DNA of 63,691 nucleotides, the filler included, from Guillardia theta CCMP2712 (Eukaryota > Protista > Cryptophyta), in the NCBI RefSeq assembly GCF_000315625.1. It is 5 parts of 4 records of this genome, joined end to end, with 100 filler letters (N's around TTAATTAATTAA, not from the genome) between each part and the next. Parts side by side here need not be neighbours in the genome. Positions count along the whole stretch, not along the records: positions 62,454 to 63,691 come from NW_005434588.1; 4 more parts are not named here. The stretch is one strand, 5' to 3'. Below are positions 62,578-63,691 of this stretch, piece by piece (within the stretch, counting starts at the first letter, position 1; each line of letters begins with the position of its first letter). A program made the translations under genes and the position numbers. Below the pieces are notes generated by a model. It was not told where the DNA came from and ran no database searches. It saw nothing but the letters and a program-made list of their open reading frames with translations.

Positions 62578-63691
62578 GTGCAAGAGATGAATTTATTTGA
62601 GAGGAGAGGAGAGAGAAGGTCGGTAGAAAAGCAGCATCCTGAAGAGGAGTTAGCAGCGCAGTCACTAAAGAACAAGATTCTCACTAGCCTCCCTATCCCT
62701 CCCTCCACTCTCCGGCTCCTCACAACAGAACCTGCAGGCAGCGATGGAGAGAGATCGAGTGGGACCTCCAACCTATCAGCCTTGTCGACAAGCAGAGTCT
62801 CCTGCAGAGGAGCAGGAGGATCTTGCCGGCAAGCCCTGTCCTGATTCCCCTCCCCTCCTGACTTGAAGATCAGACCACCACGGAAGGAGAACTCTTCATG
62901 TGGAGAGGACGGACTGTCTGCCTACAGCGAACATGCCTCGGGCCGCGGGAGGAGCAGCATTGCCGGCTGGTGGACATCTTCAGCGGGGAAGTGATCTGGT
63001 CCACTATGGGCCCAACACAGAAGGTGAGAGGGAGGAAGAGACGTTGGGTCCTCCCATGCCATGGCAGGGATGGATGGACAATGCTGAAGATCGTGACGAG
63101 TGTGGGTTCCGGGTGCTCCCATGGGAGGCAGCGTTGGCTTCGGTGAGGAGGAGGAGGAGGAGCGAAGAGGGGGGGGGGCAGGGAGGGAGGGAGGGAGGGA
63201 GGGAGGGAGGAGGAGGAAATTGCGGTAAGTATGGACTGCGTGACATGATTGGCAGAGGAAGGATGCAGGAGACGCTGAGTTGAAGCAAGGAGATGGTGGG
63301 AAAAAGAAGAAGAAGAAGAAAGTGAAGGGCATCGGCGAGAAAATTGACAGCAGGTATGATGATGATGATGATGATGATGATTGAGTGATGATGATGATGA
63401 TGATGATCATGATGAATATCAACCAAAACAACAATTCTCGCTGAAATAGATCATCAGGCATCGCAAGGACAAGATTGAGCTGTTGGCTGTGCGACTTTCT
63501 CCTCCTCAGGTGCTCGTGCTGATCGCTCTCCTCAGAGAAAGAGGACCAAGATCCTCGACCTTGATCGAACTGCCGCTGCCTCTGCTCAGGCTGTGAGTCT
63601 GATGTTGCATGACTGCATTTGACCTGACCGTCCACCAACCAGAAGACGAGAAGAAGACGCAAGAGAACAGGTCACTTCCTCCTCCTCCTCC
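62578..63691 (+). CDS. Hypothetical multi-exon gene fragment
   Basis: Exon-like segments are separated by purine-rich introns. No domain was recognised. Confidence 0.2.

Overview
This window is eukaryotic nuclear DNA, gene-dense, with many short (about 45-60 nt) GT-AG introns and abundant microsatellites. Several N-gaps carry an artificial TTAATTAATTAA linker. The style resembles a cryptophyte draft genome such as Guillardia theta; this is an inference. Recognisable housekeeping genes are GINS Psf1, an FtsH/YME1-like protease, PABPN1, condensin II CAP-G2, an RRM protein, ubiquitin-L40, a CpdA-like phosphodiesterase, a Caprin-like protein, an FG-nucleoporin, ribosomal protein P2, a divergent ThiM and a TAF1-like double bromodomain. 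The standout locus is 3.4-9.2 kb. Here a caspase-like (peptidase C14) domain with an intact His/Cys dyad can be spliced in frame to two C-terminal dsRNA-binding domains, and three further dsRBD copies lie upstream. This is a candidate natural dsRNA-sensing protease, i.e. an antiviral or cell-death sensor-effector. A second accessory region (48-57 kb) holds minisatellites, HMG-box-like relics, a ThiM with substituted catalytic motifs and a recently duplicated Cys-rich ORF. Exon boundaries were read by eye and gene ends are approximate unless stated.
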